In this document: piece after piece, positions 1 through 14,450 of the stretch
Layout of the letters: the number at the start of each line of letters is the position of its first letter
Numbering within the stretch: position 1 is the first letter of the stretch
Source of the DNA: the human T2T-CHM13v2.0 reference genome, Homo sapiens
Reading direction: 5' to 3' (one strand)
Assembly: GCF_009914755.1 (NCBI RefSeq)
Contig: NC_060926.1
DNA length: 64,000 nt
Notes under the pieces: generated by a model
What the model saw: the letters and a program-made list of their open reading frames with translations, nothing else
Databases searched by the model: none
Told to the model about the DNA's origin: nothing
Program-made: the position numbers and the translations under genes

Positions 1-338
1 TGAAGGATGATTCTAAATCACCATGGACTCTATTATCAACGCAAAGGGCACTAACTTAAGTCTGCACAACAAACTTGTCTTGTGTGCAGTGCTTTTCTTG
101 GTCACCTCCCATTACTGACCTCTTTTCTTTGTTTTAGTTCAAGATGGTATTTAAGTCTGAACTCAGAAGCCACCTCTTTGAGACTTACTCATTTCTCTGG
201 GTATCTCCCATGTACATATGAAATATAAATGTTAATAAATTTATACATTTTTCTTGTTAATCTGTCTTTTGTAACAAAGATCTGCCCCAAGTAAGAACTA
301 TACAAAGTAGGGAGAAGACTATTTTTTCCTACTCTATA
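1..338 (+). mobile_element. ERV1-class LTR 3' part (MER34/MER39-like)
   Basis: aataaa...ttcttgttaatctgtcttttgtaaca...ttttttcctactctata resembles the MER34-group LTR end. Confidence 0.55.
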
Positions 339-339
339 A

Positions 340-650
340 AACATTGCTCCTTTCCTGGTCTTTGGGCTAGAGAGAGTAGGCTTTTGTTAGGACCTTTAAA
401 AGTCTCTACTCTTTGGTGTTTCTGGGTTGCTGGCTCCAAATCTAGGATATATGTGGTAAAAAGAAAACCCAGAGAACTCACCACTGTGTTTGTTCCTTGG
501 GTCCCAAAGTCCCTACATAGCCTGCTTTCTATTCTCTACCTTGTATAGTCTTCTTGATGTTGTTTTATAGATAATATCCATGGTTTTTAGTACTTAGCAG
601 GAGAAATAGTGGAAAGTCCATTTACTCTATCTTCCTGGAAGCAGAAGTCC
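340..650 (-). mobile_element. Old L1M 5'-end fragment
   Basis: aaaagaaaacccagagaactcaccact...cttcctggaagcagaagtc is typical of antisense L1M 5' ends. Confidence 0.55.
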
Positions 651-1031
651 CAGGAGGAAAATGGAATCCATAACTGAAGAATGCTTTATAAAATACATTC
701 TACAAGGCAAAAAGAAAATGACAAAAAGCAACAAGGGGCTGGGAGAGACAAACAAACCTGTAAAGAGACGTAAAATGATCTTATCAAAGTATATGTGGAG
801 AGTTTTACATATATTTGCCAGAATTTCAAATGTTGATTCCATTGGGTCTCAAGTAATTTCCAAAGGTAGACTGGCCCTAACTCTTGATTTAGTCAACAAC
901 TGAAAACCAACGAGGGGAAGTAACTAAACAAAAGCCACAGAGTGACTCTAGGGCAGAACCAAAATGAGAGTTGAGGGTTTGTGACTTCCTGTCAGTACTA
1001 TTTTCACCAGTAGGCATCTGTTCCATAATAT

Positions 1032-1870
<839 letters not shown>

Positions 1871-2309
1871 ATATGGTGGAGAGATGAGGAGTTGGACCAA
1901 ATGGTCTTTAAGGGATATTTCCAACATCAACCTCTGGCAATTTCTATGACTGTCCTTAGCCCTTGCTTTCCCTCTTCCTATCTCATCTTTTTAAACCACT
2001 ATGCTAAGGGTATATTAAAGAATGGAAATTGGAGGGAAAATGGAAGGGGGAAAAAAATCTATCAATAGGACAAATATACTGAACCTTGTATTTTTGAGGA
2101 CTGCTTCTTGTTACATATTTAGAAAAACACCTCCCATATGAACTGCAGCTGCACAATTGAACAGGCAGGGCTGTTAACTTGTTTCTAGTTCATTAGGCAT
2201 GTGACCTTATGGCATTCTTAATACAGCTGAGCATGGAAAACTTTATTCAGGAGTCCTGCTGTTATCATTAACAAGGGCAACAGCACCAGCTATGGTGAAA
2301 GGAAATGCA

Positions 2310-2470
2310 ATACAGTGGCAGAATGCCTGGGTTTCAACACTACATACTAGTTGTATAACTTTGGGCAATCATGTAACCTCTTTGTACCTCAGTTGCTTCA
2401 TCTAAAATGGGGACAATAGCAATACTAAACCTTATTAGTTCTTTTGAGGAACACAGGTAAAAGCTTAGAA
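2310..2470 (+). mobile_element. MIR fragment
   Basis: tgtaacctctttgtacctcagttgcttcatctaaaatgggga MIR core. Confidence 0.6.
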
Positions 2471-3263
2471 AGTGCCATCAGCTACTGCTGCAACTAATTG
2501 TTACATCGTTCATTGGAGGTCGGTTATAAATAAAATACTAGATAGAAGCTTTGGATATTTTATCACATTTAACACTAGAATAACCTTTTGAAGTACGGAG
2601 TATTGTTATCCCCACATTATAGATTAAGAAACTAGGATTACTTTATTATGAAAGTCATTTATAAATGTAGTATAAAATAGTATGATCTAAAAAGATAGAC
2701 TACATTTTAAAACAACTTTTGAAGCCAAAAAGTAAAGTCACAAAAACATTTCCTAGCATATTCATAAAAATCAGCAAAGCACCCAGTATTAAAATACATT
2801 ACCATGACAAATATTTATTACTTCTATGATTTAAATTCTCCCAAAACATTTAAAGGAGGAAAATAAAAACAACCTGTTAACTCTACAAGAATATTAGGCT
2901 TTGTGTCCTTGTGCTGTTTTTCGTAAAGTACTCCCACTAAGCTAACAGGCACACCAAGGATTCCTGTAGGGACTCCATATATACTATGTACTATATGCGG
3001 AAGAAGTGTTTCTCACTGTGCTGCAGCTAGAGTGAAGAATCAGAAACATAAGGTAAAATTAAAGCTTGATGAGGCTTTTCTAATTTCTTATGAAAAAATT
3101 CATTCTATTTCTAATTTTATTTATTTCTAGTTTTAAACTTTTGGAAGAGGAAAAAAAAACTAGTAAATAATTGCTTGCTTGATATTTGTCCACTGTCAGA
3201 GAGTATTGTGTAAACATTTTGTGATACAAGAATAAACACATACATTTTAAAATCTGTGCTTAC

Positions 3264-3498
3264 CAAGGCAGAATGGTTCTAATATATTCAATGGTGAAAA
3301 TTCATTCTCTAGGTTCATTACTTGAAGGCCCCTTCTGATTAGCAAGGACTTGATTGTCTCAGGACACGGTTTCAATAATAAGTAGCCAGTAACATAGAGA
3401 ACATATCGAAACCAGCACAAAAGTGGAGTGGCAATTCTGCCATTGGGTGACTCAGACATTCGTTCAATTGTTGGAAAGAGCAGAAAGGCACGAATTAC
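3264..3498 (-). CDS. LDAH: LDAH internal coding exon (likely exon 5; ~V157-L234), 235 nt, hydrophobic segment
   Basis: Encodes VIRAFLLFPTIERMSESPNGRIATPLLCWFRYVLYVTGYLLLKPCPETIKSLLIRRGLQVMNLENEFSPLNILEPFCL. Acceptor ttgcag|, donor G|GTAAGC; phase 0 start matches the previous exon. Confidence 0.96.
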
Positions 3499-3667
3499 CT
3501 GCAATAAAGAAGCATACTTTGATGAGAGGTTTTCTTAAAGGATAGGTCCATTACTTATTGTCTCTTCTATATAGTAATGACAAATGAATGGGTTTTAGAA
3601 TGACTAGAGATCTCTTCAGAGTGAGAAGAACCACCACTCACCACCCTCTCAGCCTATAACTAGGCAA

Positions 3668-3902
3668 AATCACAGCTCACTGCAGCCTCATCCTGAGTGC
3701 AAGTGATCCTCCCACCTCGGCCTCCCAAGTAACTGGGACTACAGGTGTGCACCACCATGCCTGGCTCATTTTTTATATTTTTGTAGAGAGAGGGTCTCCC
3801 TGTGTTGCCCAGGCTGGTCTTGATCTCCTGGGATCAAATGATTCTCCTGCCTTGGCCTCCCAAAGTGCTGGGATTACACACGTGACCCACCATGTCCAGG
3901 CC
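3668..3902 (-). mobile_element. AluJ, partial
   Basis: cacagctcactgcagcctc..cccaaagtgctgggattaca; tail end missing. Confidence 0.9.
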
Positions 3903-6065
3903 CCCTCATTTCTTTTTAATGCTAAAAAATATCCTATCATCTGAATGTACCGTAGTGTATTTATTCATTCACCTACTGAAGGAAATACTGGTTGCTTGTA
4001 AGTTTTGGCAATTATGAATAAAGCTGCTATAAATGCCCGTGTGCACTAAGTTTTCAACTTCTTTGGGTAGATACCTACGAGCACAATTGCTGGATCACAT
4101 GGTAAGAATATGTTTAGCTTTGTATGAAATCACCAAACTGTCTTCCAAGGTGGTTGTACTATTTTGATTCCCACCAGTAATGAATGAGAGGTGCTCCATA
4201 TCCTGCTGTTTCTATATCCTTTTCAGCATTTATTGTCAGTGTTCTGAATTTTGGCCATTCTAACAGGTGTGGCGTTATCTCACTGTCATTTTAATTTACA
4301 TTTCTTTGATGCCATATGATGTGGAGCATCTTCTCATATGTTTATTTGTCATCTGTATATCTTCTTTGGTGAGGTATCTGTTAAGGTTTTTGGCCCATTT
4401 TAAAATAGGTTTTATATTTTTCTTATTTTGAGTTTTCTGAGTTCCTTGTATATTTTGGATTAGTCTTTTATCAGATGTGTCTTTTCAAAGATTTTCTCTC
4501 AGTCTATGACTTATCTTTTTATTCTCTTGACCCTGCTTTCTGTAGAAGTTTTTAATTTTAATGAAGTTCGGCTTATCTGTTATTTCTTTCAGGGACTGTA
4601 CCTTTGGTTTGTATCTAAAAAGTCATCATCATATCCAAGGTCATCTAGGTTTTCTCCTATGTTATCTTCTAGTCATTTTATAGTTGTGTTTCATATTTAG
4701 AGCTATAATCCATTTTGAGTTGGTTTTTGTGGTAAGTATAAGGTCTGTGTCTAGATTCATTTTCTTGCACATGGACGTTCAGTTGTTCCAGCATCATTTG
4801 TTATAAAGGCTGTTTTTGCTATACTCACTGCACTGTGCAATATATCCCAAAGGAAAAAACGTTATTACTTCTGTCTATTTGAGGCTTTGTACCCTCTAAC
4901 ATTCCTCTCCTCATTCTCCCACTGCCCACCACCCCAGACTCTAGTAACCACCATTCTACTCCCCACTTTATAAGTTCTGTTGTTTCAGATTCCACATATA
5001 AGTGAGGACATGCAGTATTTGTCTTCCTGTGTCTGGTTTATTTCACTTACCATAATATTCTCCAGGCCCATCTACATTGTTGCAAATGACAAAACTTCTT
5101 TTTTAAGACTGAGCAGTATTCCATTGAGTGCATACACATTTTCTTTATCCATTCATCTGCTGATGGACACTTAGGTTGATTCTGTTAACTTTGCTATTGT
5201 GAAGGGTGTTTCAATGGACATGGAGTACATACATCTCTGATATATTAATTTTATTTTATGGCACGATCCTGGCTCATTGCAGCATCCCATAAATTTTGAT
5301 AAGTTGTGTTTTCATTTTCATTTAGTTCAAAATTATTTCTCAATTTATCTTGGAATTTCTTTTCTAATCCATGTTTAATCTCCATGTATTTTGGGACTTT
5401 CCAGTTATCTTTCCTTTATTGGTTTCTAGTAAAATTCCACTGTGGTCTGAGAGCAGGCATTATATAATTTCTATTCTAAATTTGTTAAGGTGTGCTTTAT
5501 GGACCATAATGTGGTCTATCTTGGTGAATGTTCCACGTGATCTTGAGAAGAATGTGTATTCTGCTCTTGTTGGATGAAGTAGTCTATAGACGTCAATTAT
5601 ATCAAGTTGATTGATGGTGTTGTTGAATTCAACTAGGTCTTTACCCATTTACTGCCTGCTGGATCTGTCCATTTCTGATAAAGGGGTGTTGAAATCTCCC
5701 ACTATGATAGTGGATGCATATATTTATGCTTGTAGTTCTATCAGTTTTTGCCTCACATAGTTTGATGCTTTGCTGCTAGGCACATGCATGTAAAGGACTG
5801 TTATGTCTTCTTGGAGGACTGACCTCTTTATCATTACGTAATTACCTTTTTTATTCTGGATAACTTTCTTTGCTTTGAAAAGTCGGCCTTGTCTGAAATA
5901 TAGCTACTCCTGTTTTCTTTTGATTAGTGTTAGCTTGGTATATTTTTCTCCATCCATTTACTTTTCATTTACATGTGTCTTTATATTTAAAGTGGGGTTC
6001 TTGTAAACAACATACAGTTGAGTCTTGTTTTTTGATCCACTCTAACAATCTTTTAATTAGTGCTT

Positions 6066-6354
6066 TTCTTTTTCTTTTCTTTTTCCTTTTTTTTTTTTTT
6101 TTTGAGACAGGGTCTCACTCTGTCACAGCAGCCTTGACCTCCCAGGCTCAAGGAGATCCTCCCACTTCAGCCTTCTGAGTAGCTGGGGCTACAGGCACAC
6201 ACCACCACGCCTGGCTAATTTTTCAAATTTTTTGTAGAGTTGGTCTGTCTCCCTATGTTGTGCAGGCTGGTCTCAAACTCCTGGGCCCAAGTGATCTTCC
6301 TGCCTCAGCCTGCCAAAGTGCTGGGATTACAGGTGTGAGCCACCACACCAGGCC
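6066..6354 (-). mobile_element. AluJ
   Basis: PolyT followed by gagacagggtctcactctg; antisense Alu body. Confidence 0.93.
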
Positions 6355-6607
6355 TATTTGGTGCACTTAGACCACTGATGTTCAAAGTGATTACTGGTAG
6401 TTAAATTAATATAGACCACATTTGTCATTATTTTCTATTTTCATCTTCCACATATTTTCTGCCTTTTGTGGTTTTAATTGAGCATTTTATGTGATTCCAT
6501 TTTCTCTCCTTTCTTAGCATGTCAGTTATACTTAAAAAAAAAAAATTCTTCTAGTGGTTGCCCTAGATTTTGCAATATCCATTGACAACTAGTCCAAGTC
6601 CACTTTT

Positions 6608-6705
6608 TTTTTTTTTTTTATTATACTTTAAGTTTTAGGGTACATGTGCACATTGTGCAGGTTACTTACATATGTATACATGTGCCATGCTGGTGCGCTG
6701 CACCC
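6608..6705 (-). mobile_element. Young L1 (L1PA2/L1HS-like) extreme 3' tip with TSD
   Basis: ttattatactttaagttttagggtacatgtgcacattgtgcag...ctgcaccc; perfect TSD ccaagtccactttt at 6594-6607 and 6706-6719. Confidence 0.92.
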
Positions 6706-8399
6706 CCAAGTCCACTTTTAAATAACACTATACCACTTTATAAGTAGTGTATCATACAAAAACAAAATAATCCTAAGTCTTCCCTCCTGCTCCTTGTGTT
6801 GTTGTCATTCATTTCAGTTATATGTAAGCATACATATAACATATAAACATACAAAATCGAAAGCACTGTTGCTATTATTATTTTGAACAAACTTATCAGT
6901 TAGATCAATTAAGAATAAGAAAAATGAACATTTTAGTCTTTGTTTATTCCCTCTCTGATGCTCTTCTTTTCTTTATGGAGATCTGAGTTTCAAACCCCTA
7001 TTATTTTCTTTCTGAGTTTCCTGGATCTGAAGTTTGATGTCTGACATTAATTTAAGAAATGTCTCTGTCATTATTGTTTGAAATATTTCTTGTTTCTTTC
7101 TCTCGTTCTTTTCCATCTAGTATTCCCCTTATGCATATGTTTCACCTTTTGTAGTTGTCCTGCAGTCCTTATTCTTTTTTTTTCTTTTCCCAGTCTTTTT
7201 CTTTGCTTTCCAATTTTGGAGGTTTATGTTGAGACATTCTCAGGCTCAGAGACTCTTTCTTCAGCCATGTTCAATCTACTGATAAGCCCATCAAAGCCAT
7301 TTTTATTTTACGGTGTTTTTACTCTCTAGCATTTCTCTTTGCTTTTTCCTTAGGATTTCCATCTCTCTTCTTACATTGTCTACCTATTCTTGAATGATGC
7401 CTTCTTTATCTGTTATAGCCATTAGTATATTAATCATAGTGGATTTAAATTCCTCATCTGATAATTCCAGAATCCCTATCTGTCTGGGTCTGAAGCTTGC
7501 TCTATTCTCCTCAGATTTTTTTTTTTTTTTTTTTGCCTTTTGGTATGCCTGGTAATTTTTTCTTGGTAGCTGGACATGATGTACCAGGTAAAAGGAACTT
7601 TTATAAATCAGCTTTTAGCAATGTAGCAGTTAGGTGGGGGAAAGGGGAGGGGAGACATTCTATCATCCTATGATTAAGTCTCAGTCTTTTAGTAAGCATA
7701 TGCCTCTGGTGTACAAACTTCTAAGTGTTTCCTCAGTATTCTTCTCCCCTCTTTGGTAGGACAGGATGGCTAGAGTTGTCTGGAGTTTAGTATTTCCCTT
7801 CTCTGATGCAGAAGGTTAGAGCTGACAAGAGTTAGGTATTTCCCTTCCCTTGGGTCAGGCTCTAATAATACCCCAGCAGGTTAGGATTTAGCTAACTAAT
7901 TTCTCCTGGGGGCAGACCTTGTTAAGAAGAGCACAGTGCTCTGGCATATTTCAAAATGGTTCATTTCACCTTCCCCCTGCCAGAAGCACATAGGGATTTT
8001 TCTGCAATATTTACTTGGAGAATCTAATTGAGCTCATGTAGGTAAGTCTAACAAAATTGTGGTGTTTCCCCATGAGTGGGTCCTCCTGGAGTTTAAAACT
8101 TTCAGAGTTGTTCATACTGAACCTCCTATAATTCATCAATTACAGCTCAGGTTTTTGTACCATGGCACTGCTTCCTGTGGGGGTTTCTGTTTGTGACTGC
8201 ATGCTCTAGTAACTTGTGGCTCTCGGTATTTGCCAGTCTGTCTCTCTAGTCTTTTGGGGACAGTGGTTTTCCCTGTGTCCTCCCCTATCCTGGGTCCGAT
8301 AAGAATTGATTTCTCAGTTTGCTTAGCTTTTTACTTGTTAGGGTTGGAGTGGCAACTTCTAAGCTCCCTACATGTGGAACTGGAAACCAGAAGTCCTAA

Positions 8400-8970
8400 T
8401 AACATTTCTGTATATGTCTTTTGGTGCATGTATGCATGTACTTCTGTTGGCTGTATCACTTCAAAGTAGAAACACTGGGTCATATAGTAGGCATATATTC
8501 ATCTTTAGTAGATAATTACAAAGAGTTTTCCAAAGTAGTTCTACTAATGCTCTTGCAACAGTGTACAAGGCACACAAAGATTTCTATTTCTCCATATCCT
8601 TATCAACACTTGTTACATTTTGTTTTTCTAATAGACATCTTAACAGGTGTTAGGTGATATATCATTGTGGTTTTGATTTGCATTTCTCTGATAATTAGTG
8701 ATGTTGAGCACCTTTTCATATACCTGTTGGTCATTTGCATTTTTTTTGAAGAAATGTCTATTCAAGTCCTTTGCCCATTTTTAAATTTCTAAGACAGTAG
8801 AATAGATTTCAAGTGTTCTTATCACAACAAAAGATAAGCATGTAAGGTACTGCATAAGTTACTTAGCTTGATTTAGTCATTCCACAATATATGCTTATTT
8901 CCAAACATCATATTGTACCAATCTATATACTTTCTATTTGTCAAATAAAAATATATATTAAAAAATAAGA
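8400..8970. mobile_element. L1M fragments: antisense ORF2 end (to ~8785) abutting a sense L1MA 3' end
   Basis: gttttgatttgcatttctctgataattagtgatgttgagcac (antisense), then agaatagatttcaagtgttcttatcac..aataaaa (sense). Confidence 0.7.
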
Positions 8971-9029
8971 TATAATTGAGGCTAATAACTAATCAAGTAA
9001 ATGACTGAGCATATGTATGTTAATTAGCC

Positions 9030-9400
9030 GTAATACATGATTTATAATAAATGATCATAACAATTTAAGCAATAAATAATAATTGAATCAAATATGTATG
9101 ATGGTAGTAAGTCACAAGTCCTATGACGGGGCAGATAAAATAATAAAAGAGGACTAGAAATTGCTAGGGGTGGTGGGATAGTTTTAAATAGGGTGTTCAG
9201 GAAAGGCTTTGATGAAAGGTGACATTTGTGCAAAGGCAGTTAGGGGGTGAGCTAAGAGATGCTTGGAAAAATAAATTTTGTGGGGAGAGGGAAGAGCATG
9301 TGCAGAGGCCATAGAAAGCTAAAGTGGTGTGTTTGAGTAAGAGCCAGGTGAACAGTATTGCTGGAGCAGAGTACTTGAAGAAGAGAGCAGTTCAAGTGTT
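9030..9400. mobile_element. L2 fragment
   Basis: tcaggaaaggctttgatgaaaggtgacatttgtgcaaag..agcatgtgcagaggcc L2 signature. Confidence 0.6.
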
Positions 9401-12317
9401 TACTAAAATGTCCTCAATGATTTAAAGAATATAAATGATTAATTCAGTTAATACCAAACTAGAAGAATGTACCACACAGATTCCAGACTGGTTATGTAAC
9501 CCATAGTACATAAGGAACTTCAGATTGATCAAATCAGCTGGCAGAAACAGGAAACAATCCATTACTTTTATAAACGATCCTTTACTGTGACCCATGTTAA
9601 GCAAAACTGCATGTAAGGGAAACTCTAAAAATATATAAGCAACCACAGGGTTATATTTGATTGATCTATATCAATAACAAATTGAGAATTAAAATGCAGT
9701 CTGAAATAATGGGAATGGACCAAAACAATAAGGAAGTTCTAATATGTACATTGAATGCGTCACTGCCTTGTAAAAATATAAGAAGACCAAAGACCTTATC
9801 ACAACTAATACTTAGTTGATGAGACTGGTTTTCCTCTCTTGCCTTTGGAGAACAACAATTATTACCTGCTGGGTGACACTTTTCCTAGATATTGTAATGA
9901 TAATTTCAATGAAATTTGCAGTCCAAATTTGATAAATCACAGTAATAAAAATTTTTCATTCTTCATATTGGTAAAAAAAAAAATCACCTAAGTCAAGGAA
10001 GTATGCCTAATTTGATAACACAGCTGTGTGGTGAAGGTTTCCAAATCTGTGTACACGACCAAACATTTTCTTATGTTACTATCTCATTAAAAAAAGAACT
10101 CCCATGTTAGCCAATTCATTCTATCCTAAGAAAACATTTTCGCATATTTCACATTCTCTTCTGTTATCTACCAGAATGAACTTTTGATAATGAAGCACAA
10201 CCGTGTTTTCTTGAACAGTACAGGAAGGTAAATATGCACACTGGGAATTTTTATACTGGATACATTTGCAGGGGTTAGAGGAAAGTATTTTGATGCTTAT
10301 TTTTCTTGAATTTATTATTATTGTTGTAATCATTTTTCAGAAAAGGAGCTAAGAAACAATTTGAGGTATGGCCACAAGGTAAGAAGTATGGTGCTTAGGT
10401 GTGGATTGTGCACAACCTGTTTCATTAAATAGGCTTTAAAAAAACAGTAAATCTTCAAAATCCTTGAAAGACTTCACCTGTTTATATAGCTTATTACAGA
10501 TGCATCCATTTTTCTGGGAGAGCAGCAATGGTGCCTATGTGTTATGACTAAGTGAAGCTGCGACAAATAGTACTTCAACATCTTCAAAAAAACATTATCA
10601 CTGCCACCCTGCCTATTTGTTTATTAGTTTAACCCACCCAATGTATTTATGGCAGGGTGCTTCTCCACCGTACAAGCAGAAAACAAACAAAAAAATAGCA
10701 CACAGTTTCTCTTTTTATGTGACTGCAACATTTGTAAGGCATGTCTTAGCCAACATGCAATGTCAACCAGACAGCCTTCAAAGATAAACTTGCTAGCTGT
10801 CAAAACATAGGTCTAGAAGTAATCCTAGTTTAGTTTATCTCCTCTTCCCATAAGGCCATGTGTTCTTCTCCTTAGGATCACACTGGAAACACAAGCTTAG
10901 TAAGCTTATTTACTAAGTATGCAGTTTATAAACTGCAAATGCCATTATATTTTAATCAAGAGTTTGCTTTTTGAGATTTTCTACTCTGTCTTAAAAACTT
11001 CATATGTCAGAAAGATAAGAATATGCCTCGCAGGGAAGTACTTGGATTAACAGTAGTAGTGATAGCTTACTATTTTCTAGGTACTATACTTATGCACTTT
11101 ATATATATTGTTTCATTTAATACACATAAAAACCTTATGAAGTTCCCTCATTCCACTGAAGAGAAAACTGAGGTTCAGCCACAAAGTGACAGAGATATGA
11201 ATTAAAGCAGGATGATTTCTGAATCCATGCCATTAACCTTTATATATACTATATATTTACGTACAAAATAAGTTATTTGTAATTGTTATTGTTTGGAGGC
11301 AATTTTCTTATGGTTGAACCAATTACTACTATTATTGTTAGATATGGGCTAATCTTTACAAGTGTCTCAAATCATTTAGCTCCAGAAATAATTAAATCCA
11401 TATCCTAAGAAGTAAAGCATGAGATCTTTCAACTACTGATTACTGAAACAAAATTATGCCATTTTAGTATGTTTCAGTTAAGATGGTACTCAAGAAACTA
11501 ACCACTTTTGCCATTTTCCATTCATGTGAATTATATTCAGACCTCTGGGGCAGAGATTTTTCTACACTTTAATTACCTGAATGTGAAAAAAAAAGCCATT
11601 TAATACTTTTAATCTTCATGTCACGGTTGTTAATAATAAGGAATGTTTGCATATTTGCAGAGGTCTTTACATAACTTATAACTGCACAAACACCTGAAAC
11701 TTAGCTTCAATATCTTCCTATAGCCCATTCTTCTCAAGCTTTTATCATTTTATATTCTCTGCACTTATTTTATTTTGGATGCAAAATGCTGTTCTCCTCA
11801 GCTTGAAATCTTGTGGAAACCACTTCGTTTTGGGCTCTTCTGATTTAGAATCACTGAGAGCTCATTCAGAAAACAATGATGCTCACAGGCTCACTGCAAA
11901 TTATTCTTTACCTGCTGCTCTGCAGTACAACTATCTCTTAGGAAGCACCTGTTATTTTGAATTAAACAGTGTTCTCCAGGTAGCCTCAGAATTCAGTGAA
12001 TAGTGAATAGCAAACCTTAAGGTCTATAGCTACAAAATTCTCACATGACTACTATGGCCTTTGGCAATATCAGGCCTTTCTCATGGTTCCTAGAGGTAAA
12101 GCTACACAGAATGTGATAGGATGGCTCTGCTGATCAAGAAACTGCTACTTGGCATAAAGTTGGAGCTGGAGTGCTATGTATGGGTCAGGAAGCACACACA
12201 CACCCCACCAATATCTTTGGCAATGGCACTGGGACTGTTCTAAGTTAAAAACCCCAATATTTAAAAGCGCAGGCCTAGCATGACTGGGAGGGGGAGCCAT
12301 TCCTTAGATCTACTGGT

Positions 12318-12470
12318 TGTTCATTCATTTGTTCATTTGTTCATTCATGAAGATATACTGAGTACCTACAGTATGCCAGGTGCTGTGCTGAGTGCTGGAG
12401 ACACAGGGGTGACAAGACAAAGTCCCTGCCTTCAGAGATCATAAAGTCTAGTGGGAGAGATATTTAGAGA
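12318..12470. mobile_element. L2 3'-end fragment
   Basis: (ttca)n followed by tactgagtacctacagtatgccaggtgctgtgct. Confidence 0.7.
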
Positions 12471-13285
12471 GGTATCAGGACATGGGAAATGAAGAGTAAA
12501 ATAGAAACATACTAAATAGGCACTCAAAATTTCTTCTCTATAAGGGTCAAGGAACCTTTGAAAAGCAGCTCAGAAAGAAATTTTCTTGACAAACACTGAG
12601 TACACAAGCAAAGTGCTGATGATAGAATACAGGGTTATTCAGTGAAACCAGTAAAAAAATTATTCCCTATTTAACTTTACTAAAAGATATTGTGAAACAT
12701 GTATACTTCAGTTCCATATACTAAAATGCCATTTTATACCAGTACTAAGATGAGGCAAAGGTATCCGTGACAGGGTTTCAGGCCAAGGATGAATAATATA
12801 ATGCAAAGGCCCATAGCCAGAGGCATGTATAGGGCACACAGCACAGCCCCAGCCACAAGGGATTTCTGCCACAGAAGCTGCCCCAGGACACTCTCAGCGT
12901 CTAGGAAGTCAACTGGAAGGCAAAGAGTACAGCTTTCTTGTTCAATTTTATGTGGTAAGAAGCAAATCCATCAGTTAGGGCAGCTAAGACCCCATGAGAT
13001 AGAGACTAAACCTTGGGAATATAAGCAGTTAACTCACAGAGAAAAGGTTAGGCCCAAATGGCTGAAGTGTATAAGTCCCCATATCAGCTTTGATAACAGA
13101 ACAGGTTAGGATCTGTCCTGCTTAGTTCAGGAAAGAAGACATATCTGATGTTTATTTCTTCCTCACAGGTCTCTGAAGGGGGTTTCCTCCTCCCATTTAC
13201 TCCCAGACAGAACAGGTTCATAAGGGTAGCATCCCTCCTGGTGGTACCATGGTATCTCCCAGACTCAGCAATAACCGAAATTTAG

Positions 13286-13617
<332 letters not shown>

Positions 13618-13969
13618 CTGCCTTACTAAACTTCTGAGGTCTCAGCTTCTGCAGAGCTCAGAGAAAGGACAACAGACTCTGGGGAGACTCTTAACTTCCC
13701 TAATGGGACTGGATAGCATTGCTGATAGCCTTTGTCCATCAAAAGTGCCTCCACGGTATCTGAATATGCTCTATGATGAAACTGAGGATCATATACTCTG
13801 TGTTAGTCAGTAACCAAGAAATTCACCTAACTCAATGGCTCTAGACAGTTGTTCAGTAAGTACAGCTAATATTTCCAATTGATAGAACTAACTGACGCTT
13901 TTCAAATGCATACAGCAAAGTTTGCATTAAGTAATTAAGCACATTTGTCACCATTAAATCAAAGACTAA

Positions 13970-14450
13970 CTTTGTCATTCTACCAAAAAGACACATGCAC
14001 TTATGTTCATTGTTGTGCTATTCACAATAACAAAGGCATGGAAACAACCCACATGCCCATCAGTGGTAGACTGGATAAAGAAAATATGGTACATATACTC
14101 CATGGACTACTATGCAGCCATAAAAAAGAATGAAATCATGTCCTTTGCAGCAACATGGATGGAGCTGGAGGCCATTATCCTAACCAAATTAATGCAGGAA
14201 CAGAAAACCAAATGCTGCATGTTCTCACCTGCAAAAGGAAGTTAAACATTGAGCACATATGGACATAAATATGGGAACAATAAACACTATGGACCACTTG
14301 AGGATGGGGGGATTGAAAAACTACCTATTGGGTACTATGCTCACTACCTGGGTCACAGGATCTGTATCGCAAACCTCAGCATCATGCAATATTCCCGTTT
14401 GACAAACCTGCACATGTACCCCCGGTATCTAAAATAAAAGTTGAAGTTTT
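13970..14450 (+). mobile_element. L1PB/old L1PA 3' end
   Basis: ORF 14003-14245 is the L1 ORF2 C-terminus (WIKKIWYIYSMDYYAAIKKNEIMSFAATWMELEAIIL), followed by 3'UTR. Confidence 0.92.

Larger units (their letters stand above)
3905..8397 (-). mobile_element. Fragmented old L1M (L1MC/MD-like) with 3' end, ORF2 endonuclease remnant, ORF1 and 5' end; contains nested L1MA, Alu and L1PA pieces
   Basis: ORF 5460-5648 reads DIIDVYRLLHPTRAEYTFFS..GTFTKIDH (L1 endonuclease); 5' end motif ..ggaaaccagaagtc near 8395. Confidence 0.85.

Noticed and set aside
12715-12727. catatactaaaat matching the U6 snRNA 5' region
   Set aside because: Only 13 nt with no flanking similarity; chance match.
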